64,000 nucleotides of DNA. It comes from an uncultured Spirochaetota bacterium (GTDB lineage: Bacteria; Spirochaetota; Spirochaetia; SZUA-6; Fen-1364). The notes below the pieces were generated by a model. That model saw only the letters and a program-made list of their open reading frames with translations, was not told the origin of the DNA and made no database searches. A program made the position numbers and the translations under genes. The stretch is taken from the NCBI GenBank assembly GCA_963734545.1, contig CAVTHO010000005.1, positions 320,001 through 384,000 on the forward strand, written 5' to 3'. Positions 20,937 to 33,029 of the stretch are shown piece by piece. Within the stretch, counting starts at the first letter, position 1. Every line of letters starts with the position of its first letter.

Positions 20937-22452
20937 TCAACCAAGGACGACCTGCTCCGCGGTACAGATCACGTTGTAGAGATCTGCCGCGGTTGCCGCG
21001 TCCTCCAGCCGGCCCTCCAGAAAATCGCTTTCGAAAATCCCGGCGATGTGAGAGAGAAGAATCTGGTGGATCCGGGGCGTGTCTGCCGGTGTGAGGAGAA
21101 TGAACAGGAGATTGATGTCCTCTCCAGGAACCGGCGACGGGAGCGGGGTCTTCATGCGCGCCACGATCACCATGGGGCTCACGAGGCGGGAAAGACGGGC
21201 ATGAGGGATCGCAAGGCGCCTGCCCACGTAGCTGCTGCCGAGCCTCTCGCGTTCAGCGACAGACATGATGATCGCGTCCCTCGACACGGGAAGGTCCGAA
21301 ACCTTGATGCGCTGAAGGGCATTGCGGGTCGCGGAAAGGATGCTGGTTCCTTCGATATTCAGAAGCGTATGCTCAGGGCTCAACAAGTCCGAGAGACGGA
21401 CCGGCGGCTCCGTGGGATACTCCTCCTCTATCGTGCCGATCACCTCTTCCACCGCATCTTCCAGGGTGATAATGCCGGTCCAGCGTCCGTCTTCGGCAAA
21501 CACGAGCGCCATGTGACACGCCTTTCGCTGCATCTCGGAAAGCCGCTGTTCCAGCGGGTCTTGTTCCTTGAATTGGAGACAGGGTCGGAGAAAAGCCCGC
21601 AGCTCGCTGCTGTCCTTTCCCGCGCGCTCGGCGAGAAAGAGGTCCTTGATATGCACATACCCGAGCGGCTTCTCGGGATCCTCGCCTATCAGCGGGTAGC
21701 GAGAGAACCGATATTCCGCAACCACGCTGTCATTCTCCGATCTGGACGCCCCCAGGCGGAGGCATCTGACCAGTCGTCGTGCCCGCATCGCATTTCGCAC
21801 GCTCAAGGTCCCCATGTCGAGAACGTTTTCTATGTGAAGGAGGCGCCGAAACGAGAGCATGCCGCTCGACTGGGACTCGTCGAGTATGATCCTGATCTCC
21901 TGCTCGGAGTGGATGCCGTGCCCGGTGACCGGCGGCAGGCGGAAAATGCGGAGAATTCCATTGACAGTGCTGTTGAGCAGCCAGATGGGAGCAATGAAGA
22001 TGTATCGGAAAACCACCATCGGAAACGCTGTGAACAGGGCGGCCTTCTCGGTCCTTCGAATTGCGACAGATTTCGGTACGAGCTCTCCAATCACGATATG
22101 CAGGAACGACACGAGCAGGTAGGCGACCGCAACGGCGATTCCGTGGGCCGTGACTGTCGTAGCTATTCCAGTAATGCCGATCCGTTTTACGACAGGGAAC
22201 AGGAGCTCGGCAAAAGCGGGCTCACCCACAAAGCCCAATCCGATGCTCGCCAGCGTGATACCCACCTGGCACACGGAAAGGTACTCATCCAGGTGGGCCT
22301 GGATCCGCTCCATCGTTTTGCGCTTTCCGGTTGCCCGCTGAGGCGAGAGCCTCGATCTGGGTTGGCCTTGCCTTGACGGCTGCGAACTCGGCAAGCACGA
22401 AGAACGCATTGAGAAGAATGAGCAACAAGGCGAGCAGGAGATAGAGCGCCAT
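20937..22452 (-). CDS. CNNM/DUF21-CBS (HlyC/CorC-like) protein with C-terminal PTS EIIA domain (frameshift near 22318)
   Basis: LLNAFFVLAEFAAVKAR, CQVGITLASIGLG, IVIGELVPK, FSRYPL, GIITLEDAVEEVIG, then RERLGSSYVGRRLAIPHAR. Confidence 0.82.
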
Positions 22453-22632
22453 CATTGGATCAGCCGGGAGACCTCCTGATCACCAGAGTAGATCGCAGCG
22501 CGCAGGTTGTGAATGGGGCCAGGGAAGCATCGCAGGATAGACTGGCGGTTTTCCTGCGCCATGGTCAACAGCTTGTCTGGGTCAGAGAACACGAGCAAGA
22601 GCCGCCACACCTCAGACGCAGGCCCACGCCCG

Positions 22633-22648
22633 AGTTTCACGTGGAACT
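22633..22648. promoter_or_regulatory. parS site 1
   Basis: AGTTTCACGTGGAACT matches the chromosomal parS core GTTTCACGTGGAAC; near parAB and oriC. Confidence 0.8.
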
Positions 22649-22758
22649 TGACGGTGAAACAACTGCTCGGTTTTCCCGGCCTATCGCGCCGAGCAAATGG
22701 CGAGCGTACAGGGAAGGCTTACCGATGGTTTCACGTGGAACTTGACGGTGAAACAACT
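22634..22758 (+). repeat. Exact 31-bp direct repeat x2 (22634-22664, 22728-22758)
   Basis: GTTTCACGTGGAACTTGACGGTGAAACAACT twice, 63 bp between copies. Confidence 0.9.
22727..22742. promoter_or_regulatory. parS site 2
   Basis: GGTTTCACGTGGAACT. Confidence 0.8.
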
Positions 22759-22770
22759 CGCTTGTAGACT
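22742..22770 (+). promoter_or_regulatory. sigma70 promoter abutting parS2
   Basis: TTGACG-N17-TAGACT, ending 12 bp before ATG 22783. Confidence 0.65.
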
Positions 22771-22782
22771 GGCGAAAGCACC

Positions 22783-23106
22783 ATGAATGACTTCGAAGAA
22801 GGCTTTCTTCTGGGCGTTCTGGTCGGCGAAGGCCACTTCGGCGGCGATGGCCGCCAGCCCCAGGTGACCCTGCGCATGCACGTACGACACGAAGAGCTCT
22901 TCCACTGGCTTGCTGCAAGCGTACCCGGCTCAAAGCTGTACGGCCCGTACCATCACGGAGGCAGGGACTACTATCAGTGGATGGTCCGAGGCAAGGCGCT
23001 GCGCGAGGAGTTACTGCCGCTCCTCACGCGTCACATGAATGAAGTAGACGCACATGTCCGAGAGCGGATAATGATCATGATAGACAGGTACAAACTCAAA
23101 GAGTAG
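22783..23106 (+). CDS. Small single-motif LAGLIDADG-like protein
   Basis: [12 protein letters not shown] resembles the LAGLIDADG helix (cf. YLAGFVDGDGS); then PQVTLRM...ELFHWL...GKLY...YYQWMVRG...LLPLL pattern. Confidence 0.65.
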   Translation: MNDFEEGFLLGVLVGEGHFGGDGRQPQVTLRMHVRHEELFHWLAASVPGSKLYGPYHHGGRDYYQWMVRGKALREELLPLLTRHMNEVDAHVRERIMIMIDRYKLKE

Positions 23107-23109
23107 GGC

Positions 23110-25616
23110 TTATTCTTCTTCCACGGGCCGTTGGATTCCTGCCCCAACCCGGCCTCCTCCGTCTCTGCTGGCTGTCCTGCCGCGGGCTGCTCATCCTTCA
23201 CCACCCGCGCGACACCCACCACGACATCGGGCTTCGTGATATTCACGATGTGCACGCCCATCGCGGCCTTTCCGAGTGTTGCGACCTCGGCAAGCCTGAG
23301 CTTCAGCGTGTTCCCCTGCGAAGTGATGCACACCAGATCGTCCTTGTCGCTCACGGAGAGAACGCCGACGACCTCGCCGGTCTTCTCAGAGGTCTTGTAG
23401 CAGATCTGGCCGCGTGTTCCTCTGCCGTGAGCCGAGAAATTGTCATACTCGGTTCGTTTGCCGAATCCGAACTCGCTCACCAGGAGCAGTTGTTCACCCT
23501 TTTGAATCGACGTCACACCCGCCAATTCGTCCTTGTCGGAAAGCCTGATCCCCTGAACGCCGTGTGAAGATCTTCCCATGGCGCGCACCGCCTTCTCGTG
23601 GAAACGAAGCGCAATGCCCTTCCGGGTGACCAGCACGACTTCCACCCGCCCCGTGGTGAGCAGAGCGGTGACCAGGCTGTCTCCCGGGTCCAGCTTGATG
23701 GCCACGATTCCCCGGGTCTTCGCGTTGGCGAAATCGGAAATCTTCACCTTCTTCACGACGCCCTGCCGGGTAGCCATGAGCACGAACTTGTCGTCGGTAA
23801 AATTGCGCTGGCTGACAACGGCGGTGATCTCTTCCTCGCTGCCAAGGGAGAGCAGCACCTTGATGCTCTGGCCCTTCGCCTGTCTGCTGCTTTCAGGGAT
23901 TTCGTGCACTTTGACCCAGTACGCTTTGCCCTGGTTCGTGATGAACAGCACGTAGTCGTGCGTGGAAGCGATGAAGAACTGCTCGACGAAATCGTCCTCT
24001 TTCAGTACGGCGGACGACGAGCCTTTGCCGCCCCTCCCCTGCCGCCTGTAGGCAGTGACGGGAATACGCTTGATGTAGCCGCGGTTGGAAATGAGGATGA
24101 CCATGTCCTCTTCGGTGATCAGGTCCTCGACATTGATCTGCTCGGCCTCTTCTTCCACGATCTCCGTCCGTCTCTCGTCCCCGAACTTCTTCGAAATCTC
24201 GGCAGTCTCCTCTTTCACGACGCCAAGAATCTTCGATTCACTGGACAGGAGGTCTTTCAAATGCTCGATGAGGGCGAGCACCTCGTTCAGCTCCTCGACG
24301 ATCTTCTGCACTTCCAGGCTGGTCAGGCGCTGCAGACGCATGTCCAGAATGGCCTGCGCCTGCTTCTCCGAAAAGGCGAATCGCGCCATGAGATTCACCC
24401 GCGCGGACTCGACGTTTTCCGACTTCTTGATGATGGCGATCACTTCGTCGATGTTTTCGAGGGCGATCTTCAGCCCTTCCAGTATGTGGGCGCGCTCCTC
24501 CGCCTTCGTGAGGTCGAACCTGGTTCTGCGGGTGACCACTTCCTTGCGGTGCGCGATGAAGTGCTCGAGCATTTGCTTCAGGGAGAGCGTCTGCGGAAGC
24601 CCGTTGACGAGCGCCAGGCTGATGACACCAAAGGCGGTCTGAAGCTGCGTATGCGCAAAGAGCTGGTTCAGGATGACCTTGGGTGCGACGCCTTTTCTCA
24701 GATCGATGACGATCCGCATGCCGCGCCTGTCCGATTCGTCGTTCAGGTCGACGATCCCGTCGATCTTCTTCTCTTTCACCAGATCGGCGATACGCACGAT
24801 CAAGGCTGATTTGTTCACCTGGTAGGGTATCTCGGTGACGATGATCGAGTCCTTCCCCGAGCTCCCGCTTTCCACCGATACCCTTGCTCTGACAATGATC
24901 TTGCCCCTGCCGGTCAGATAGGCATCCCGGATTCCTTTTCTGCCCAGGATGATCCCTCCCGTGGGAAAGTCAGGCCCTCGCACCGCCTTCATGAGCTCTT
25001 CGGGAGCTGCCTGGGGATTGTCGATCAGAATTGCGACGGCGGAGCAGATCTCCGTCAGGTTTTGTGGCGGAATGTTGGTGGCCATGCCGACGGCGATTCC
25101 GCTGGATCCATTGGCAAGAAGAAACGGAAAAGCCGCGGGCAGGACGAGGGGCTCTTCCTGGGATCCATCGTAGTTGGGCCCGAAATCCACCGTTTCCTTG
25201 TTGATGTCCCGCAGCATCTCCTCCGCGATGCGGTTCATCCGCGCCTCGGTGTATCGCACGGCAGCGGGCGGATCGCCGTCAATGGAGCCGAAGTTGCCCT
25301 GGCCGTCGACCACCGGGTAGCGCATGTTGAAATCCTGGGCCAGGCGGACCAGGGAATCGTAGATGGCCATGTCGCCATGGGGATGGTATTTTCCAAGGAC
25401 GTCCCCGGTAATCCTCGCGCACTTCTTGTAGGGCCTGTCGGCGTGCAGCCCCATCTCGTTCATGCCGAAGAGGATCCGCCGATGAACGGGCTTCAATCCG
25501 TCACGGACGTCCGGAAGGGCGCGCGACACGATGACCGACATCGCATAGTTGAGATAAGAGGTCTTGACCTCATCTTCGATCGCCATTGAAATGGTGCGGG
25601 ATTTCACGTCAGACAC
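23110..25616 (-). CDS. gyrA: DNA gyrase subunit A
   Basis: [44 protein letters not shown], GyrA-box QGRGGKG; ORF track extends to 23031 but the acidic tail probably ends at TAA 23110 via an indel. Confidence 0.93.
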
Positions 25617-25637
25617 GATTCGGTCTCCCTCTCAGGA

Positions 25638-28078
<2,441 letters not shown>

Positions 28079-28104
28079 ACTGGCGATAAGAAGGGGAAAA
28101 TCCC

Positions 28105-29472
28105 ATGGAGACGGGCAAGCGTAGCTACGAGGCCTTCTGGAAACAGGCCGCAAAAGAGGTTGCTCAGAACATTTCCGAGCAGGAGTTCGCCACCTGGTTC
28201 CGCGGGATCGAGTACGCGGGCAGCGGGGACTCCCAAATCACCCTTTCCGTCCCCTCGTCATTTGTGAAAGACCAGTTTTCGCAGAGATATCTCACGCAGG
28301 TGGAGGAGAAGCTGGCAGAACTTGCTGGTCACGAGCTCACTGTGAAGTTTTCCATACAGAAAAAGACCACGGGCCGCGCAGGCCACGAAGAAATCTCGAA
28401 AGGCCAGAAAGCAGAGGACGCGGGAACCCGCAAACGCCAGCACCCTCAGCTTAACAAGGAGTACACATTCGAGAGATTCATAATCGGGGAATCCAACTCT
28501 TTTGCGGCAAATGCCGCGCTCGCCATCTCCAGGAACCCCGGAACCGGCTACAATCCCTGCCTCATTTACGGCGGGGTCGGCCTTGGAAAGACACACCTCG
28601 TTCAGGCCATCGGCAATTCGGTCTACCGCGAGTTTCCGGATCTGAAAGTGGCCTATGTGACCGTGGAGACCTTTGCCAACGAGTTCATCCTTTCGATCCA
28701 AAAGAAGACCGGGCACCAGTTCAAGAACAAGTACCGGCTGGTGGACGTCCTTCTGATCGACGACATCCAGTTTCTTGAAGGCAAGGAAGGGACCCAGGAG
28801 GAGCTGTTCCACACCTTCAACGCGCTCTACGACGCCAACAAGCAGATGGTCTTCACGTCGGATCGGCCGGTATCAGAAATCCGCAGCCTCTCCGACAGGC
28901 TGCGCAGCCGGTTCGAAAGAGGCCTGAACGTCGACCTGCAGCCGCCCAACTACGAGACACGTATCGCCATCCTCAACCGGAAGGTCGAGGAGAAGAAGGT
29001 GAAGATACTCGACGAGGTCGTCGAGTTGATCTGCCGCAATATCAACACGAACGTAAGAGACCTCGAGAAAGCTCTCACCAAGCTCATAGCCTACGCGGAG
29101 CTGGTCAACAAACACATCACGCTGGATATCGCGCGGCAACAGCTCAAGGACTTTTTCGCGCAGCCCAGCCAGAAGAGCATCACCATCGAGCTGATCCAGA
29201 AGATCGTTTCCGACTATTTCGGACTGTCCTACAAAGACCTGCGCGGAAAACGCAGGACCAAGGCAGTGGCATTCCCGCGGCAGGTGGCAATGTACCTCTC
29301 CCGGGAGCTCACCGAGTATTCGACCACAGAGGTCGGCGCGGAGTTCGGGGGCAGGGACCATACGACGGTCATGCACGCCCGGCAGAAGATAGAGGACAGA
29401 ATGAAGCTGGACCCGAATCTCGAACCCACGCTCCAGGGGCTGGTCAAGAGAATCAAGGAAAACAATGCATAA
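28105..29472 (+). CDS. dnaA: Chromosomal replication initiator DnaA
   Basis: YNPCLIYGGVGLGKTHL, LLIDDIQF, QEELFHTFN, FGGRDHTTVMHA. Confidence 0.97.
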   Translation: METGKRSYEAFWKQAAKEVAQNISEQEFATWFRGIEYAGSGDSQITLSVPSSFVKDQFSQRYLTQVEEKLAELAGHELTVKFSIQKKTTGRAGHEEISKGQKAEDAGTRKRQHPQLNKEYTFERFIIGESNSFAANAALAISRNPGTGYNPCLIYGGVGLGKTHLVQAIGNSVYREFPDLKVAYVTVETFANEFILSIQKKTGHQFKNKYRLVDVLLIDDIQFLEGKEGTQEELFHTFNALYDANKQMVFTSDRPVSEIRSLSDRLRSRFERGLNVDLQPPNYETRIAILNRKVEEKKVKILDEVVELICRNINTNVRDLEKALTKLIAYAELVNKHITLDIARQQLKDFFAQPSQKSITIELIQKIVSDYFGLSYKDLRGKRRTKAVAFPRQVAMYLSRELTEYSTTEVGAEFGGRDHTTVMHARQKIEDRMKLDPNLEPTLQGLVKRIKENNA

Positions 29473-29746
29473 TGCCTGGGGACACCCTGTGCATAGCCGA
29501 CACCAAATGACCCCTTTGTCTGAGGACTGCTCTGTTGACAGGAAGGCTGTCATTGTGCGAAATCGCGATGAGGGAAAGAAAAGAATGGCGCATGTGGGCA
29601 ACCTGGGGAAAAGCGGACGCGGTTGTGCCGGAAGACATCTCGTTCACCAGACAGGAATTGGGCTGCTTATCCACAAGTCACCGGTGCCTACCGGTACTAC
29701 CGGTATTCTAGAATTCATTAAAAGCTAGGATAAGAAGGAGACGAAT
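29473..29746. promoter_or_regulatory. oriC part 2 with putative basal unwinding system
   Basis: Perfect TTATCCACA at 29667 followed by GC spacer, trio-like CTACCGGTACTACCGGTATTCTA and AT-rich stretch before dnaN. Confidence 0.72.
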
Positions 29747-30853
29747 ATGAAATTCACCTGCTCGCGTGACGACCTTCTCAAGGAGATTTCGATAGCACAG
29801 GAGGTCATATCCTCCAAGAACTCCCTTTCAGTTCTCTCCAACGTCCTGCTGACAGCCGGAAAGGGTGCCGTGAAGCTCCAGGCCACGGACCTCAAGGTCG
29901 GATTCGAAACGAGCCTTCCCGTGGATGTCGTGCAGGAGGGAACGACGACGGCCTTCTGTGACAAGTTGTTGAATATCCTGAGGTCTCTCCCGGAAGGAGA
30001 GGTGGAACTGGAGCAGGCTGATCCGACCATGCTCCGTATTCGACCGCTTTCGAAGAAAGTCGATTTCCAGCTTCGCTGCATTCCTTCAGACAAGTACCCC
30101 GAGCTTGCGCGCGCTTCCGAGAATATGTATTTCGACTTTCCCCAGAAAGACTTCATCGAAATGGTGTCCAAGACCCTGTTTGCGGTCTCGGATGACGAGA
30201 CCCGATATTTCATGAACGGGATATTCCTGGAAAAACGGGATGACAACCTGATCATGGTTGCCACGGATGGCCGGCGCCTCTCCTATATCTCCCGTCGCAT
30301 TCCGGTGCGCATGGAGAATCTGAAAGGTGTCATCCTGCCCCCGAAGATCCTCACGATCGTGAGAAAGCTCTCCTCGGGAGAGGGTTCGCTTTCACTCGCC
30401 CTGACGGATAAGAACGTTTTTGTCCGCATGGGAGCCACACATCTCTCCTCGAATCTCATCGACGGTCAGTTCCCCGACTACCGAAGGGTCATTCCCGACG
30501 CCCAGAAGTACAGGGCATTCGTGGAAAAGAAGGCGCTCGAAGACGCCCTGCGCCGCGTGTCCCTGCTCGTGGAGCAGAAGTCACGCAAGGTTGTGTTCTC
30601 CCTTGCGGACGGGGCTCTCACTGTCTTTTCCAAGGAGAGCGAGCTGGGCGTTGCGACGGAAGAGCTTCCCTGCGAGTACGAGGGGCCCGAGATGTCCTTC
30701 GCCGTGAACTGCCTGTACATGAGCGAGCCGCTGCGCGAGCTGGCAGTGGAGAAGGTTCTCCTGGAGTTCAGCGACGTGAACAAGGCCATCACCCTCAAGC
30801 CCGTTCCGGAGGACGGTTATACGAACGTCATCATGCCCATGCAGCTGGATTGA
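29747..30853 (+). CDS. dnaN: DNA polymerase III beta clamp
   Basis: LQATDL, FAVSDDETRYFMNG, MVATDGRRLS, LIDGQFPDYRRVIP, VIMPM. Confidence 0.96.
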   Translation: MKFTCSRDDLLKEISIAQEVISSKNSLSVLSNVLLTAGKGAVKLQATDLKVGFETSLPVDVVQEGTTTAFCDKLLNILRSLPEGEVELEQADPTMLRIRPLSKKVDFQLRCIPSDKYPELARASENMYFDFPQKDFIEMVSKTLFAVSDDETRYFMNGIFLEKRDDNLIMVATDGRRLSYISRRIPVRMENLKGVILPPKILTIVRKLSSGEGSLSLALTDKNVFVRMGATHLSSNLIDGQFPDYRRVIPDAQKYRAFVEKKALEDALRRVSLLVEQKSRKVVFSLADGALTVFSKESELGVATEELPCEYEGPEMSFAVNCLYMSEPLRELAVEKVLLEFSDVNKAITLKPVPEDGYTNVIMPMQLD

Positions 30854-31935
30854 TGGGCTTTGAGAGGCTGAGGTTCTATAATTTTCGCAATCTGAGAGAT
30901 CGAGAGCTCGACTGCCGGTCGCGGGAGATCTTCCTCGTCGGGGAAAACGGCCAGGGCAAGACCAACTTGCTGGAAGCGGTACACCTGCTTTCGCTTGGCT
31001 CGTCATTTCGGGAGAAACGGGAGTCCGCATTTGTGCGTGACCCTTCGTCAGCCACTGGTCTGCATGGCCGGGTGACGAGCCCCGAGCGGGGAGAAAAGAC
31101 CCTGTCGCTTCGCTTGTCTCCCGGGCACAAGAAAGAGTTCAGGGTCAACGACAAAGCGCTCGCCGAGCGCCGGGACCTCCTTTCGGAGGTCCTTTGCATT
31201 GCGTTTGTCCAGCAGGATATGGATTTCGTGACGGGGGCTCCCGAAGACAGGCGGAGGTTTTTCGACCAGACACTGGTGCTTTCTGACCTCTCGTTCCTGG
31301 ACTCCCTCCGCGACTACCGGCGCGTGCTCAGAGCGCGGAACCTCTGCCTCAAGGAAGACAGGGAGGATCTCCTTGACGTCTATGATGCGCAGCTCTCCGG
31401 CCTGGGCCTTTCCCTGCAGGCCAGGCGGGCCGGGCTCGTCGCGGAGTTCAATGGCGTGTTTTCGCCCCTCTTCCGCGAGATAACGGGCAGCGAAGAGGGC
31501 CTGCAAATCCGCTATCGGCCTTCCTGGGGCGGGCTCGGCAATGTGGATGACGTCATGGCCCACCTTGCCGCCCAAAGGACCCGTGATCGTCTGCTGGCGG
31601 CCACAACTTCGGGTCCTCACCGGGATGCCTGCTCCTATATTCAGGCGGGAAAGGACTACACGCATCTCGCCTCCACGGGGCAGCTTCGGCTCTGTGCCCT
31701 GGTGCTCCGTGTTGCCCAGGCCCGATTCCTGGCAGACAGGACCGGCCGCAAGCCGATCCTGCTGCTGGACGATGTGCTCCTCGAGCTCGATCCCGTCCGG
31801 AAAAGGGAGTTCATTGCCCGGTTCCCCCCCTATGAACAAGCCTTCTTCACTTTCCTGCCCGACGAAAGCTGGCAGTCTTTCAGGACACCCGATACCCTGG
31901 TGCTCACGGTCGCAAATGGAGATTTTCTGCCGTGA
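30850..31935 (+). CDS. recF: DNA replication/repair protein RecF
   Basis: NFRNL, GENGQGKTNLLEA, RRRFFD, GPHRD, ASTGQ, PILLLDDVLLELD. Confidence 0.93.
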   Translation: MMGFERLRFYNFRNLRDRELDCRSREIFLVGENGQGKTNLLEAVHLLSLGSSFREKRESAFVRDPSSATGLHGRVTSPERGEKTLSLRLSPGHKKEFRVNDKALAERRDLLSEVLCIAFVQQDMDFVTGAPEDRRRFFDQTLVLSDLSFLDSLRDYRRVLRARNLCLKEDREDLLDVYDAQLSGLGLSLQARRAGLVAEFNGVFSPLFREITGSEEGLQIRYRPSWGGLGNVDDVMAHLAAQRTRDRLLAATTSGPHRDACSYIQAGKDYTHLASTGQLRLCALVLRVAQARFLADRTGRKPILLLDDVLLELDPVRKREFIARFPPYEQAFFTFLPDESWQSFRTPDTLVLTVANGDFLP

Positions 31936-32225
31936 AGAAAGTCGGCGAAATACTCAAAGACTTCCTCCGGGAGAAGGGCTGGCTGGCGGGAAATCCGTAC
32001 GAGCCGCTCTTCGCGGAGTGGAAGCTGATTGCCGGTGAGGCCCTGGCGGGACATTCGCGCCTGGTGGATGTGCAAAACGGCATACTCCTGGTGGAGGTGG
32101 ACCACCCGGGGTGGCTGCAGATGCTGCAGCTTCGCAAGGCCTCCATCCTGGCTGCAGCCAGACGCACGGCTCCCCTGGCAAGCGTGGAGGGCATCAGGGT
32201 GCGCCTTGGCGGGGGCGACCATTGA
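31932..32225 (+). CDS. DUF721/DciA family protein
   Basis: WKLIAGEALAGHSR...GILLVEVDHPGWLQML; follows recF. Confidence 0.8.
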   Translation: MKKVGEILKDFLREKGWLAGNPYEPLFAEWKLIAGEALAGHSRLVDVQNGILLVEVDHPGWLQMLQLRKASILAAARRTAPLASVEGIRVRLGGGDH

Positions 32226-32313
32226 CAGAGAGGCGTCAATCACCCTATATTCTCGGGGATATCCCTTTGATAAGAACACCTGCTCGTCAGGATAACCAAG
32301 GAGCATTTTCCAG

Positions 32314-32469
32314 ATGAAACGAACCTACCAGCCCAGCAAAACCAAAAGGACGAGAAAGTTCGGTTTTCGGGCGCGCATGGCCACCAAGGGCGGACGGCTC
32401 GTTCTGAAGCGCAGGCGCGCAAAGGGACGTGTCAAGCTCACGGCCTCGGATGAGAAGAAGCCTTACTAG
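32314..32469 (+). CDS. rpmH: 50S ribosomal protein L34
   Basis: Manual translation [39 protein letters not shown]. Confidence 0.96.
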   Translation: MKRTYQPSKTKRTRKFGFRARMATKGGRLVLKRRRAKGRVKLTASDEKKPY

Positions 32470-32800
32470 ACAGGAAAGACTCCGCAGAAGCAGGGATATC
32501 AAAGGGTTGTTCACCGCGGCGAAGCGGATCGAGTCGCGCGGGCTGAAGCTCCTGTACAAGAACAACGGCGGTCCTGCCACACGGTTTGCGGTCGTGGTGG
32601 CACGGGGATGCGGCGGAGCAGTCAGGAGAAACCGGGAGAAGCGGATCACCCGGGAGGCTTATCGGTCTCTCAAGGAGTTCGTGGTCCCCGGCACTGACCT
32701 GCTTTTCCTGATCACCCGGTTCGGCGCGCAGTTTGCCGAAAGGCGCTCCCTCATGGAGCAGCTGCTCGGCCGCGCGGGCCTGCGAAGCAGAGCGGATTGA
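32450..32800 (+). CDS. rnpA: Ribonuclease P protein component
   Basis: [34 protein letters not shown]. Confidence 0.9.
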   Translation: MRRSLTRQERLRRSRDIKGLFTAAKRIESRGLKLLYKNNGGPATRFAVVVARGCGGAVRRNREKRITREAYRSLKEFVVPGTDLLFLITRFGAQFAERRSLMEQLLGRAGLRSRAD

Positions 32801-32807
32801 GAAGGCA

Positions 32808-33017
32808 GTGAGGTTCTTCGCGGTTCTCCTCATTACGATCTACCAGAAAATCATATCTCCCGCGTTCCCCCCTTCCTGCCGCTATGTTCCCACTTGCTCC
32901 CAGTACGCAAAGGAAGCAATCGTCAAGCACGGTTTTTTGAAGGGATCGTACCTCGCCGTCCGGAGACTTCTCCGGTGTCATCCATTTCATGCGGGCGGGT
33001 ACGACCCGGTTCCCTGA
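32808..33017 (+). CDS. yidD: Membrane protein insertion efficiency factor
   Basis: [33 protein letters not shown]; start approximate. Confidence 0.92.
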   Translation: MRFFAVLLITIYQKIISPAFPPSCRYVPTCSQYAKEAIVKHGFLKGSYLAVRRLLRCHPFHAGGYDPVP

Positions 33018-33029
33018 GAAGAAGGAATT

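Noticed and set aside
22634-22758. Mini CRISPR array (repeat begins GTTTCA and contains GTGAAAC near its end)
   Set aside because: Only two repeats, 63-bp spacer, no cas genes; the core is explained by parS.
22783-23106. Intein or group I intron carrying the LAGLIDADG ORF
   Set aside because: Intergenic, flanking genes uninterrupted, no splicing motifs or intron core recognised.
23031-23109. GyrA C-terminal extension overlapping the LAGLIDADG-like ORF
   Set aside because: An alternative frame ends ...VEEE-TAA at 23110, just clear of the neighbour; probably an indel.
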